Positions 1-13,100 of a stretch of DNA of 64,000 nucleotides are shown in pieces. A program made the position numbers and the translations under genes. The stretch is from Cenococcum geophilum (Eukaryota). Each line of letters opens with the position of its first letter. The stretch's first letter is position 1. The stretch covers positions 8,122,001 to 8,186,000 of the forward strand of contig CP158635.1 of the NCBI GenBank assembly GCA_050273025.1. The letters are read 5' to 3'. The notes under the pieces are model-generated. The model saw nothing but the letters and a program-made list of their open reading frames with translations. It had not been told where the DNA came from and ran no database searches.

Positions 1-1052
1 TCTCTAACTCTATATACTTATTTAAGTCTTAGTACGGTTTACTAAAAGTTATAGACGCGAATATAGACCTATATGGAACCCCTATCCTTAACCCCCTTAA
101 ACCTTAAACCTCTTTAGACCTTTTGCAGAAACCTTTTACCCTCCTATAAACTATTACGGACCTATTAATTGATTTTACGGACCGTTATAAGACCTCCCCC
201 ACCCGTTATAAGCTGCTACTACCCGCTACGCACCATACTATACTATAATATGGCAGATATTAGCAAGCAAGTTAGTAAAGGTTAAAAGAAGTAGAGATAA
301 GGAGTTAATATTACGTCTATAAACGATGTTAACAACTATATTAGTTTTAAAATCCTTAAATATAAATACTTTAAGCTTATAAATAACGACCTATAGGAGT
401 AATACTAGGAAGACTTTGCGAACTTTATGGAAGCTATTCTTAAGGCCTGTAACCCTATTACTATTTGTAAACTATAAACCCTTTTATATAACTAAGGTGT
501 ATAGGTTAAAAGGAATAAATAAGTTACTGTTGTATAGTCCTTATATAATATAATACACGAAAAGGACTAAATAGAATAGACTAAAGAGGAAATCCTAGAC
601 TAGTTCTAAGAAACTAAGGAACTCTTTACTTCTTCTAAACTTAATATAATTGCTAGCCTTATACCTAACCTACTTAACTAAATTCGTCCTATAAACTTAA
701 GCGGCTTTAGACTTAACCTTATTGGCTAAAATATACCCTACTCTTAAGTTATAGATTATAATACCCCTATAAACCAAAATATGGACTAAATTACCCCCGC
801 TATTTAAGTCACAGACCTATAAGCTATATATCCGCAAGCTATAGATCTATAAGTTATAGATCTATAATCTACCTAAGTAAAGACCTATAGTAAGGAGCTA
901 GCTAACCTAGCTAAGCTCTATACTAACAAATCTAAGTATAGCGGTGAAAATAATAATTTTAACTTTAAACTAACTATCTTTACGGACCTTTGCTAGAAGG
1001 CCGATATTTTTAAATAAGAGTTTAGCTAAGCCTACTCTACTATACTGCGCGG

Positions 1053-1279
1053 TATTACGGCACTGGCAGAACTTGGCAGAACTACGCACCGGCAAGTTGC
1101 CACAGATTGCCGTATATTGCGGTCACGTGACGCGAAGATCGTATATAGCTTCGAGCGGCGCTCCCCTTCTTCTCCTTTCCTTTCTTTAGCTTTAGATTCT
1201 CGTTTATAGACAATCCAATTATATAGGCTTGCACGTCCCTCATACCGTGCTCATGCCTCAATTAACTAAGTTACTAACA
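1053..1279 (+). repeat. 5' LTR of Gypsy-1
   Basis: T(G>A)TTACGGCACTGGCAG...TAACA, a direct repeat of 6806-7032. Confidence 0.95.
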
Positions 1280-4200
1280 TTATCTAAAGCTCACTCTACT
1301 CTTTCTTCCTAAGAAGGAACTTAAATATATCTATAAGAACACAGAATAGGACCCTAAGGACATTACTAGGACCACAAGGATAGGACCTAAAAGAAAAGAA
1401 TAGAACCCTAAGGAAAGGACCTATAAGACACGCACAGACTAGAACCCCTAAAGAAATTACCCGGAATTACCTAACACCCCTACTACCATGCTATAAACCA
1501 CAGCAGCAGGTAAAGCAGCTATAGGACCCTTAAATACTTTAGATAAAGAAACAATTAACGTTTTAACCCCCTAGGCGGAGCTTGCGGCTGCCAATACTAA
1601 AATTAAATAATTGCGAAAGCTGCTTAAAGCCAGAGATACCCCTATATCTAATAATAAGTCATTATTAAACAACTAAAGACTTACTATAGTCCTTTAGGCC
1701 CTATCCTAGCGCCTTAGTAGATCTACTAAGGCCTATATAGCACCGAAGCGGTCAGTAAAGGTCGCGGACCCCCTACTACTTATAAACAGAACCGACCCTA
1801 TATTTAATAATTAGAAGCTCTAATTATAAGATAAGCTTAAAGTTAATATAGACCACTTCCCTAACGCCTAAGCCAGAATGGCCTATATTTTCGGCCGTAC
1901 TGGCGGAAACGCCTAGACGCATTTACGCCTACAATACACTAAAGACTTAGCAGACCCCTTTATCTCTAAAGAAGAAATAATTAAATACTTATCTTCTATT
2001 TATAAGGACCCTTTTAAAGTATGAAACGCCTACCTTAGCTATAAAAGCCTAAATATAAAAACAACGGAGACCTTTTTAGCCTTCTAAACCTGCTTTTTAC
2101 ACCTAGCCGGACAGGCCTAGATCCCCTAGGAAGACCTACTACCAGACCTCTTTAATAAGCTTACCCTAGACCTATAGCGGGCCGTATTACTAGCTTATAC
2201 TACGGTATAGACGTTAAAGGAACTTACGGACTATTGCCTAGCTATTAACTAAGGCCTCTATTAAATTAAGGCACGTGCTAATTGGCTAAAAACTAGAAAC
2301 CTTACAAACTAGGCCATGAGTACTATAAGTACGGCCTATAGTGCCCCGGTATAATCGGCAACTCCTATAGCTAACCCGGCAGCTAGCCGCGCAGCTACCC
2401 CTACTATAAGCCTAGTGTACACCCGGCCTATATATAGCGACCCCTATATATAGGCCCTTAGCAATTAAGGAGCTTACTTTTTATACGGTTAAATAGGCCA
2501 CCTTATAAGGAACTGCCTAATAAAGGCAAGGACAAACGAGGTCCTATTAATTTAGGAGGACAGTACGGAGCTAGAAAAAGAGGAACCTTAGAGGAAGACT
2601 CCTCTCTAGGGTTAAAAGGGATTAATATGTCATATATTAATCTGGGTCAGCTAGTTAGTAGAAAAAGCTGCACTATCCCTTATACTTTATTTCGCAATAG
2701 ATATTAAGTTTTAACCTCTACTTTAGCTAACTTAGGAGTAAATGCCTTTACCTTAATTAATATAAAGTGCGCTGCAAAACTAGCTAACTTTTTAAATGTA
2801 CCCCTTAAAGAACTACCTAAACTAATCCCTATTTGCGGTTATAACGGACGGATAGGGCCACCTATTATAACTATCTTGCGGATTTACCTCCGCGTTAACG
2901 GACAAAGGTAGTATAACATCCCCTTTCTTATTACGGACTTAGGAAGCCACGATATAATCTTAGGAAGAAAATAGCTAGCCTATTTAGGCTTATAGCTTAA
3001 AGTACAGAGTAGACGGCTTATCTGGCCCAAAACTCTACCCCCAACCCCTTCCTTTATAAAAGAAATCAGCATTATAATAGAAAACCTCATACGGCCCTAG
3101 ATTAATACCATTTACTAGGCCGATGCTATGCGCAGAGACTAGGCCTTTAAGAAGGACGTATAGCTTAACCCGTAACAGATCTATATACTACGCCGCCCCC
3201 AAACTACCTATATTACGCCACCCACACTAAAGACCTAGGAAGTCGGTAATAACCTAGCTAAATTCCCTATAGAGAACCCTATAAAGCTATAAAGGAAAGC
3301 TAGGGATATCGGACGCTACACTAAACTAATAGATAGGAAGGATAACTTACGGAAAATGGAATGTAAGCTAAGGAAGACTATAAACCCTATACCGCAAACT
3401 ACGGCCTAACGGACGCCAAAGAAACCTACAGACCTCCCACTAGTTAATATCTACTATATTAGCGCTATAGGATTCTACTAGAACCTAGTTTAGCCTAATA
3501 TAATTACCTTTATAACTAGCCTATATAAAATTAACTGAATAATTAAGAAAAAGGAAAGTAAGCTTAGTGGATAGGAAAGCGGGCTTATGGATAAAGAACT
3601 AGTAGAGTAAAAACTGCCCAATCGACACCAGAAATTTAAGGACGTATTCTTTAAGGCAGCGTCTAACATGCTTCCACCCCACTAATTATATAACTATAAG
3701 ATTAAGATCAAGCAAGACAAGGGAAGCACCCTTAGCTTTAGCCCTCTCTACCTATAGTCTATTGCCGAATTATAGGCCATAAAGCAGTACCTTATTAATA
3801 ACTTAAATAAGGGCTTTATCAAGCCTAGCCAAGCCCCTTTTAACTTACCTATTCTCTTTATTAAAAAGCTAAATAGAGGACTACGCTTCTGTATTAACTA
3901 CTATAAGCTAAATAATATAACCTACAAGAACCGCTACCCGCTGCCCTTACTTAATAAGACTCTTACCCAAATAAGTAAAGCTAAGGTTTTTATAAAGCTC
4001 GATATCCGCCAGGCCTTTTACCAAATTAGGATAGACCCCGGGTTTAAGGATCTTACTACATTCTAGACCTATTACAGGACGTATAAATATAAGGTACTTC
4101 CTTTTAGACTAACTAACGGACTAGCTATATACCAGCGGTATATAAATAATGTACTCTTTAACTACCTTAACGACTTCTATACGGCCTATCTAGATAATAT

Positions 4201-6805
4201 TATAATCTATTCGGAGAATAAACTGGAATATAAGGAGCACGTTTATAAAGTCCTATAACGGCTCTGCGAAGCTGGCCTCTAGGCCAATATTAAGAAGTTG
4301 GAATTTAGTGTTAAGTGTACAAAGTACCTAGGTTTTATTATTAGCATGGACGGAATTAAGGCTAACCTAGAGAAAACGACCGTAATTAACTAGTGGACGC
4401 CCCCTTGGACTATAAAGGGGGTGCAATTATTTTTAGGTTTCTGTAACTTCTACTAATATTTTATTAAAAACTACAGTAGGATCACCCGGCCTTTTAACCG
4501 CCTTACTAGGAAAGACCAGCCCTTTTACTTTAACGCCATATATATACAGGCCTTTAATAAGCTTAAAAAACGGCTAGTGTTGGCCCCCCTACTTGCCTAC
4601 TTTAACCTAGAACAGCCCTTAATGCTAGAAACTAATGCCTTAGACGGCGTAATAGCCGGTGTTTTTTCCTAGAAGCAACCGGACGGAGAATGGCACCCTA
4701 TCGTATACTATTTAAAGACTATAATAGATGCTGAACTAAACTACCACATCTATAATAAAGAAATGCTGGCTATTATCTCTAGCTTTTAGCACTGGCGTAT
4801 ATAGCTAGAGGGAACCCCTAAACCTATTAAAGTAGTATTAGATCATAAGGCCCTAGAATACTTTATAATAACTAAGGCCCTTACGGCCCAGTAGGCACGC
4901 TAGGCAGACGTCCTATCTTAGTTTAACTTCTTAATTATATATAGACCAGGCGCTATAAACCGTGCGGATACTCTTACTAGGCGCGAATAAGACCTAGGTA
5001 ACTATATAGCTGCGAAGATCTTATTATAGACCTAGACGCTACTATAACCAGAGCACCTTAACCCCCGGATATAGGCAAAACTAAGTATAGACCCCTTAGG
5101 CGCTAAGATGTATCCTATTAACCCTTTAGGACTTGACTTAATCGACAAATTGCTATAGATAAACTATATGGCCCCTTCTCTATAGGAGTACCGTAAAAAG
5201 GCAAAGAACGTTACTAGCCTATAGTCCCTCGAAAATGGATTACTTAAGTATTAGGAATAGCTAGTAGTGGTAAAGAAACAGAACTTATGGACTCGGCTTA
5301 TTGCTAAAGCACATACCTAGGTCTCTACGGCCTACCCTAGAAAGAATAAGACCCGTAGGATTATTGGCGACCGCTACTACTGGCCTAGAATAGTTATAAA
5401 TATTAACCGCTATATATGGAACTGCAATAACTACTATAGGTCTATAATCCCACAAGATAAGACCCTAGGACTATTAAAACCCCTCCTAATACCCAACCGC
5501 CCCTAGCAATATATCTCTATAGACTTTTATAAGCTACCTCCAGACCGTGACGGATATAATATAGTTATAATCCTAGTTAACCGCTTTAGCAAGCGCCCGT
5601 TCTTAATTCCCTATTACAAAAATATTAATGCTAAAGAGGCAGCCTAACTATATATTTACTACGTCTACCAAATTTACGGACTACTAGATACTATTATATC
5701 TAACCACGGGCCACAGTTTATATTAGCCTTTTGGAATAAGTTTACCCAAATCCTAGGCATTAAGCTAAAGCTTTCTACGGCATATCACCCCTAGATAGAC
5801 GGTTAAATAGAGATTATAAATTAATACTTGGACCAGAGACTCCGGCCTTTCGTTAACTACTTCTAGGATAACTAGGCCGAACTGTTACCCTTAATAGACT
5901 ACGCCCAAGCGACCCTACCCCATAACTTTACCAGATTTGCCCCTATTTAACTAGAAATAGGTTACCTACCCCACATAAGCTTTAACTGGGAAAGACTAAA
6001 AGGGCCCCAGACTATACGCGAAAAACTATCTTATAAGGAAGCCTAGCAGTACGCTAAGCGCTTAGAAGAAGCCTAGAAAGTAGCCCATATAAACCTAGAA
6101 AAGGCTTAGAAATTAATGGAATAGTAGGCAAATAAGTATAGGCGCGAGCCTAACTTTACTATAGGCGATATAGTCTAGGTTACAATAAAGAACTAGAAGA
6201 CAGAACGGCCTAGCCATAAGCTGAACTATAAGGTGGTAGGACCGTATAAGATTCTTAATAAAGTAGGCAACTCGTACAAGGTTAAGCTCCTAAACTTAAT
6301 TAAAGTCCACCCTATCTTCTTACCGGATAAGCTATAGAAAGCTATAAATAACCTACTACCCGAATAAAAGAATAAACCTCCCCTACTAATTTAAGTTAAT
6401 AACAATAATAAATAGGAAATTAAAGAAATACTGGCCTGTAAACTTATAAAGGGAACGTTAAAGTATCGTATTAGTTAGAAAGGATATAACCCGGACCCTA
6501 CTTAGTACCCTATATAGAACTTTATAGGTAGCCCCTATAAGCTTTAGGAGTTCTATAGCCGTTACCCTAATAAACCCGGACCGCTAAAGTACCTAGATAA
6601 GTAGATAGAATGCTAGCATAATAAAAATAATAAGCTACTAGAAGAACATAAGGACAAAAACACCCTAGAAATTTCTTAGTTATATAAGGTGTTAAGATAT
6701 CTAGGAACTTCAACCGGCGGTTAAAGTTGTCTAATTGGTTAGATTCTCTTGCTAAGACTTTTAGCGGCAAAGCCTAAGGGCAGGCTTTTTTAGAGGGGGG
6801 GATAA

Positions 6806-7032
6806 TGTTACGGCACTAGCAGAACTTGGCAGAACTACGCACCGGCAAGTTGCTACAGATTGCCGCATATTGCGGTCACGTAACGCGAAGATCGTATATA
6901 GCTTCAAGCGGCGCTCCCCTTCTTCTCCTTTCCTTTCTTTAGCTTTAGATTCTTGTTTATAGACAATCCAATTGTACAGGCTTGCACGTCCCTCATACTA
7001 TGCTCATGCCTCGATTAACTAAGTCGCTAACA
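6806..7032 (+). repeat. 3' LTR of Gypsy-1
   Basis: TGTTACGG...GCTAACA, preceded by the PPT and followed by the TSD. Confidence 0.95.
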
Positions 7033-7796
7033 CGCGGCCTAGTACTTAACTACTACTACACTAACCTTAAGAGCAACCCCCTTAGTGTCCCCTTTAATAA
7101 GCTATATAAAGCTACCTATAACTACTTTAAAGGACTAGAATATAGGCGTAATATCCTTACCTAATGGAATGCGACTAAGCTACGGACCGTAATTAATAAA
7201 AACACTAAAAAATCGACTATAGAGTGCCTGCAAATTCTTATTAAAGACCTCTGGCACCTATAGTACGGCCTTAACGCTAAGCTTTAAACAGACGACTTCC
7301 TATATAATAAACTTATTACGGCCTACTAGGAAGTAGAGCCCTATAAATACACCTACTATAAGCCTATAGATACCTTAGCTGGCCTTATTAATAATCTATA
7401 CTCCTCTATTATAACCTATAAAGTCTTAAACCTACTAAGTAGCACTTAAGCCTTTATTATAGATATTTAATATCTATAAATAAACTTAGACGTCTACTTT
7501 ACAGACCGCCGCTACTGCTAGTAGCACCTATACTAACCAAGTCCTACCTATAACCCCTGCAGCAACCCCTACATCAGGAAATTTTTTTTGGGGCTCGTTG
7601 TTGCGGTTTGCGGCAAATTGCCACAAACCGTACGGTTGCGGCAGGTGGATATGGTTAATAGCAATTTGCGTAAAACGCACGTTTTGCAACAAGTTTGCAG
7701 CACCCTAATAGTAATTTGCGCGTTTTATAACAAATTTACAGCACCTAATAGCAAATTACGGCAAAATGCTACCCTATAAATAAATAGTGCGCAAAC

Positions 7797-7925
7797 TGTA
7801 CGAATTGTACGAATTGTAAAAACTATACGAATTGTACGAATTGTACGAATTGTACGAATTGTACGAATTGTACGAATTATACGAATTGTACGAATTGTAC
7901 GAATTGTACGAATTGTAAAAACTGT
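7797..7925. repeat. 9-bp minisatellite (TGTACGAAT)n
   Basis: Directly visible tandem array. It gives the spurious TIRTIR ORF on the minus strand. Confidence 0.95.
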
Positions 7926-8097
7926 ATAAATTGTAACTATATAAATTATAATTATATTATATAATAACCAAATTATCACATATTTCCATAGATTTCTGTA
8001 GTATACTTTTAAATATATTTATATTATAACTATATAAAATGTAGAGCTATCTACTTTAGGCGTTAAGGGGAAGCCTCTCGCGGAGGCTCTAAATTAT

Positions 8098-8132
8098 CTG
8101 CCTACTTACCTGCCTGCCTACCTGCCTGCCTA

Positions 8133-8183
<51 letters not shown>

Positions 8184-8196
8184 ACCTACCTGCCTA

Positions 8197-8231
<35 letters not shown>

Positions 8232-8310
8232 ACCTACCTGTCTGTCTGTCTATACCTACCCGCCTATACCTACCTATCTGTGCCTACCTGTCTGTGCCTA
8301 CCTGTCTATG
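8098..8310. repeat. (CCTG)n/(CCTA)n microsatellite
   Basis: Directly visible. Confidence 0.95.
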
Positions 8311-8379
8311 TCACCTTGATTTGATCGATCAATCGAATCGTTTATCGTATTCGCTGGCTGGTCGTTCGAACGGTTGTCG

Positions 8380-8755
8380 TGTGGCTCTGGCGACGGTCGT
8401 GTGGCGATAACGACGGTCGTCTGGCTCTAACGGTCGTCTAGCTCTGGCGACGGTTATCTGGCTCCGGCGACGGTCGTCTAGCTCTAACGACGGTCGTCTG
8501 GCTGACGGTTGTCTAGCTCTGGCGACGGTCATCTAGCTCCGGCGACGGCCGTCTAGCTCTGACGACGGTCGTCTAGCTCTGACGACGGTCGTCTAGCTCT
8601 AGCGACGGTTATCTGGCTCCGGCGACGGTCGTCCAGCTCTGGCGACGGTTATCTGGCTCCGGCGACAGTCGTCTGGCTCTGACGACGGTCGTCTGGCTCT
8701 GACGGTCGTCTAGCTCTGGCGACGGTCGTCTGGCTCCGGCAACGGTTGTCTGCTG
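8380..8755. repeat. ~21-bp minisatellite (GACGGTCGTCTRGCTCYGGC-type unit)
   Basis: Directly visible degenerate tandem array. Confidence 0.9.
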
Positions 8756-8920
8756 GCTGTCGTTCTGGTGTCTTCCTAGGTAGGGAGGATGTAAGGAAGG
8801 GTAAAAAATGAGGTGGCTACCTAGGTGTATATAGGGGGTATACTTGGCAGAGGCACGTGTAGAGGCTATCGGGAATATAGCGGGGACCCGATAGTAGTGT
8901 GTCGCGCGCACACACACAAA

Positions 8921-9856
8921 GGCTTTGTGTAGAGCTTCGTGTAAAGCCTCCGTATGCAGAGCTTCGCGCAGAGCCTCGTGTAGAGCTTCGCGTAGAGCCT
9001 CGTGTAGAGCTTCGCGCAGAGCCTCGTGTAGAGCTTCGCGCAGAGCCTCGTGCAGAGCCTCTATATGTAGAGCTTTGTGTAGAGCTTCGTAGAGCTTTAT
9101 GCAGAGCTTCGTGTAGAGCTTTATATAGAGCTTTGTGCAGAGCTTTGTGTAGAGCTTCGTGCAGAGCCTCTGTACGTAGAGCTTCGTGTAGAGCTTCGTG
9201 TAGAGCTTCGTGTAGAGCTTCGTGTAGAGCTTCGTGTAGAGCTTCGTGTAGAGCTTCGTGTAGAGCTTTGTGTAGAGCTTCGTGCAGAGCTTCGTATAGA
9301 GCTTCGTGTAGAGCCTCGTGCAGAGCCTCTGTACCCAGAGCTTTGTGTAGAGCCTCGTGTAGAGCCTCGTGTAAAGCTTCGTGTAAAGCTTCGTGCAGAG
9401 CTTCGTGTAGAGCTTTGTGTAGAGCCTCTGTACGTAGAGCTTCGTGTAGAGCATCGTGCAAAGCTTCGTGTAGAGCATCGTGCAAAGCTTCGTGTAGAGC
9501 TTCGTGTAGAGCTTCGTATAGAGCCTCGTGCAAAGCTTCGTGTAGAGCTTCGTGTAGAGCTTCGTGTAGAGCTTCGTGTAGAGCTTCGTGTAGAGCTTCG
9601 TGTAGAGCTTCGTGTAGAGCTTCGTGCAGAGCTTCGTGCACGAATTCGTGTAGAACTTTGTGTAGAGCCTCGTGCAGAGCCTCTGTACGCAGAGTTTTGT
9701 GTAGAGCCTCGTGTAAAGCCTCGTGCAAAGCTTCGTGTAGAGCTTCGTGTAGAGCTTCGTGTAGAGCTTCGTGCAGAGCTTTGTGCAGAGCTTCGTGCAG
9801 AGCTTTATGTAAAGCCTCATGCAGAGCTTTGTATAGAGCCTCATGCAGAGCCTCTG
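8921..9856. repeat. 12-bp minisatellite (GTGTAGAGCTTC)n
   Basis: A ~930-bp array with variant units. It is the source of the (EALH)n, (TKLY)n and (CRAS)n ORFs. Confidence 0.95.
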
Positions 9857-10122
9857 CATTAGGAAATTTTTTTTTAGGCATATTGTTGCAAGCGAAAATT
9901 GGGGTCTGCAAAACCTGCGTAAGTCGCAATTTTGGTAATTTATAGCGATTTGCAGCAATTTGCTACAAACACATAGATAAGGCAGGCGCGTGCATAGGTA
10001 GCCTATGTATTTGTAGCAAATTGCTACAAATCGCCGCAAATTGCCAAATTTGCGACTTACGCAGGTTTTGCAGACCCCGATTTTCGTTTGCAACAACGTG
10101 CCCAAAAAAAAATTTCCTGATG
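9857..10122. repeat. 266-bp foldback (MITE-like) forming the right end of the TIR element
   Basis: Arms 9857-9976 and 10003-10122 are inverted copies (~120 bp) differing mostly by transitions. The internal arm starts with a third TIR copy, CATTAGGAAATTTT. Confidence 0.9.
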
Positions 10123-13100
10123 TATATAAAAGTATACCCCTATAGATAAACAAGCCAGAAATACTTTATATGTAGTAAGGAAGGATATTAGTCTATAAGG
10201 TATACCTAGGAAAAACGTAATAGGTCTAAGAAGAGATTTAATAAATAGATTAGCTAGTTTATCTTAGAATATAAAAGAGAGAAAGAAGAGAAGCCCCCTA
10301 ATAAGTTAATAGAAGCCCTTATAATTAACTTTAACCTAAATAACTAGGAATAGGAGACCCTAGAGATATTTCTAACTACTTTTAGACCTTTTACGGATAG
10401 CTAAGCCTTTAATATTACAATTATATTAGCCGACCGTTCCTTTATATACTTAGTTATACCCAAAAACTATTCCGTAAGTACCCCTATTATAGATATTATA
10501 GATTATAAGCAGGACCTATTTGTATATATTACTACAGAACGCTATACCCCTAAGGAATTTTATGGTGTTATAATTAACATAGGCGCCTCTAAGAAGTCTA
10601 CTATAGGCTATGGACAATACCTTATATATAGGACCACCGCAAATAATAATACGGACATTAATATTATATAAACTGGGGCTATAAACGTCCAATTCGGCAT
10701 TAGCTTAACTATATTAATTAAATTAGTTATAGTTAAGACCCTAATTAGCCTAGTTAACTTCTATATAGTAAAAGCAGACACCTCTTTTTTACTTTGCCTT
10801 GCGGATATAGATAGGTTATAGGTTTACTATAATAATATTACGGATACCTTAATCGGCCCCGCAACTGCCCTAGGAAGTAAGTATATTACCCTACTAATTA
10901 TATAACGATTTAGACACCCGTTTCTTATATAGGGAGAGACTTTATAGACCTATATTTAGGAATCTTTTAACTATAACCCGTGCTACCTTACTAGTATAGA
11001 GATCCACTATCTATACTACCGTTTTGGCTACCTATTAGCCAAAAAGCTATATAGAGTCCTTAAACACTCTAGACACAACAATATTAATAAGAAGGCAGTT
11101 AATTACCTAACTAAATACTACTCCTTTTACCAGAAATACGGACGTTCCCTAGGCTAATTTAAGTTCACCCTTTATAAGGACCTTAACTTTAACCACTTAG
11201 TATATGTAGACATTATATATATTAACGGCAGCCTAGTATTATATATAATTAACGAGGTAACCCGCTACTAAGCCGCCTGTTGGTTACAAAATATATCTAT
11301 AAAGTATACTTAGGATATTTTACGGACCTGCTGGATTAATACGTATATTAGACCTCCTAAGTATATTACCTACAACACTAATAGGAACTTTATTAGCAAG
11401 AAATTCTAGCAGTATGCTATAGCCATAGCTATATTAACAAAAGCTGTTCTAGTTAAGGCGTATTAGTCTATTAGGCTTATTAAGTAAGCTTACCTAGCTC
11501 TATAAAAAGCTTATTAGATTATTACGGACGAGTATAAGGATATCTAAAAGGAACTAGCTTTATAGATGGCCGTAAAAGCCGTTAATAACACCGCTAGCCC
11601 TAACGGACTAGTACCTACCCTCTTGGTTTATAGAGCCTACCTAAGGATAAGCAACCTAGGCCCCTCTACCCTATCTATTACGGAACGAGCAGCTACAATA
11701 TAGAAGGCAATGGCCGAAATAGTCAAATTATAGGCCAAATAAACTATTAATAACGCCCTATACTACCGCAACGGACCTAATACAACCTTAGTATATAACC
11801 TCCTACTTAACTCTAAAGTCCTTATATAGTGTAAAAGTGGCAGCTAGAATGGACCCTATTACCTACTAGCCGTAGAAAATAAGACGTGCTGCGTATAGCT
11901 TCCTAGCGGGCTAACTAGCTTCAGAAGTACGTCCGTAAAACCCTACTTTCGATTAAAAAATACCTATAACGTTAAACTAGATAAACTGGAAGTACCCCCA
12001 CCTACCTTAGAAGTCCCCTAGGAACTTACTAAACCCGCTAAACCTACTATAAAGCGTAGCCAAAGACGCCCCTAAAAGTATCCCGTAACTAAGAACCCTA
12101 TAATAAAGAATTACCTAACCTCCATAGGTATATCCGTAAAATAATCTCTACCTACGGATATATCAGTCCTAGTATAGGAAACCCCTTTTACGGACTTATA
12201 GCGTAAAGAGATTAACGGACTACTTAAAAAGGGCGTCTTTATGGTTATAACAAAAAAAGATATTCCGCAAGGCGTCCGTATATTCAACTTACGCTTTATT
12301 AATAAGATTAAGCACCCTAGTACTAATAAAGCTTTTAAGAAATTAAGGCTTATTATATAAGCTTATAACAACTAGGGAAAGGACCTAATTCTTACGCAAT
12401 CGCCTATAATTTAATAAGTTAGTTAATAGATTATACTTATACTTATGCCTAGACTATAGTAAACTAAACCCGTAGCCCTTTACTTACGGGACATCTCACA
12501 AGCCTACGTGCAGTTAAATACCTACCTAAGTAGGGACATCTTTATATAACCACCCTATAAGCTTAACCTATAACTAAAAACAATTTTATAGGTTATAAAA
12601 CCTCTTTATAGGGTACTAGAAGCTAGAAACCATTAATTTAAGATATACTACTAGTACCACGTTAGTAAACTTAAAATAAAACAGTTAACCTATAACCCCT
12701 GCCTCCTATACAGCCCATTAAACAGCTTAGTATTATTAAACTCTAAATAGACAATACCCTATTCCTAGTAGACTAGACCTTTACGGACACTAAAGAAACT
12801 AAACTATAAAAGGCTAAGTTCTTAGTAAAGCCGCAAGAGTAGTCAACTAAGTAGAATCCGATTAAGTTTAATAGAGGCCTAATTATATAAAAGGGCAACC
12901 TAATTAAGCTAACTTAGAAACGCTAAGCTTAAAACCTAAAGCCCGTTATAGCAAAGCCTATAGACCTTACTAGCTCCTACGGAGAGACCTATAAGACTAT
13001 AAATATAAAGAACTAATACGTTGCATAGCGTGCAAGAGGCGCCTATATTGCTATAGTCTATTAACCCAAATCTACCTACAATTTATCCTTTGCGGCCCAG

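Larger units (their letters stand above)
1053..7032 (+). mobile_element. Full-length RIPed Ty3/gypsy chromovirus (Gypsy-1) inserted in Copia-A gag
   Basis: Two 227-bp LTRs (1053-1279, 6806-7032) and a 5-bp TSD CGCGG (1048-1052, 7033-7037). PPT AGAGGGGGGGA lies just before the 3' LTR. Degenerate gag, PR, RT (AYLDN/D near 4183), RNase H, integrase and chromodomain (KYRxSWKGYxPDPTW-like near 6460). Confidence 0.95.
7572..10122. mobile_element. Non-autonomous TIR DNA element filled with tandem arrays (superfamily uncertain; CMC/EnSpm-like or TA-specific)
   Basis: ~33-bp TIRs CATCAGGAAATTTTTTTT...TTGTTGC at 7572 and, inverted, ending 10122. TA flanks both sides (7570-71, 10123-24). Subterminal GCAAATTGC/GCAATTTGC motifs occur at both ends. 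Copia gag continues across the insertion. No transposase is visible. Confidence 0.85.

Noticed and set aside
7725..8532. ORFs with TIRTIR and TVARARR repeats
   Set aside because: They are translations of the 9-bp and 21-bp tandem arrays.
8380..9856. CRISPR-like appearance of regular repeats
   Set aside because: Units are head-to-tail with no unique spacers, no cas genes are present, and the context is eukaryotic.
8609..10153. Long ORFs of 514, 370 and 348 aa ((TKLY)n, (EALH)n, (CRAS)n)
   Set aside because: They are overlapping readings of a 12-bp minisatellite on both strands, begin or end inside the TIR hairpin, and contain no non-repetitive domain.
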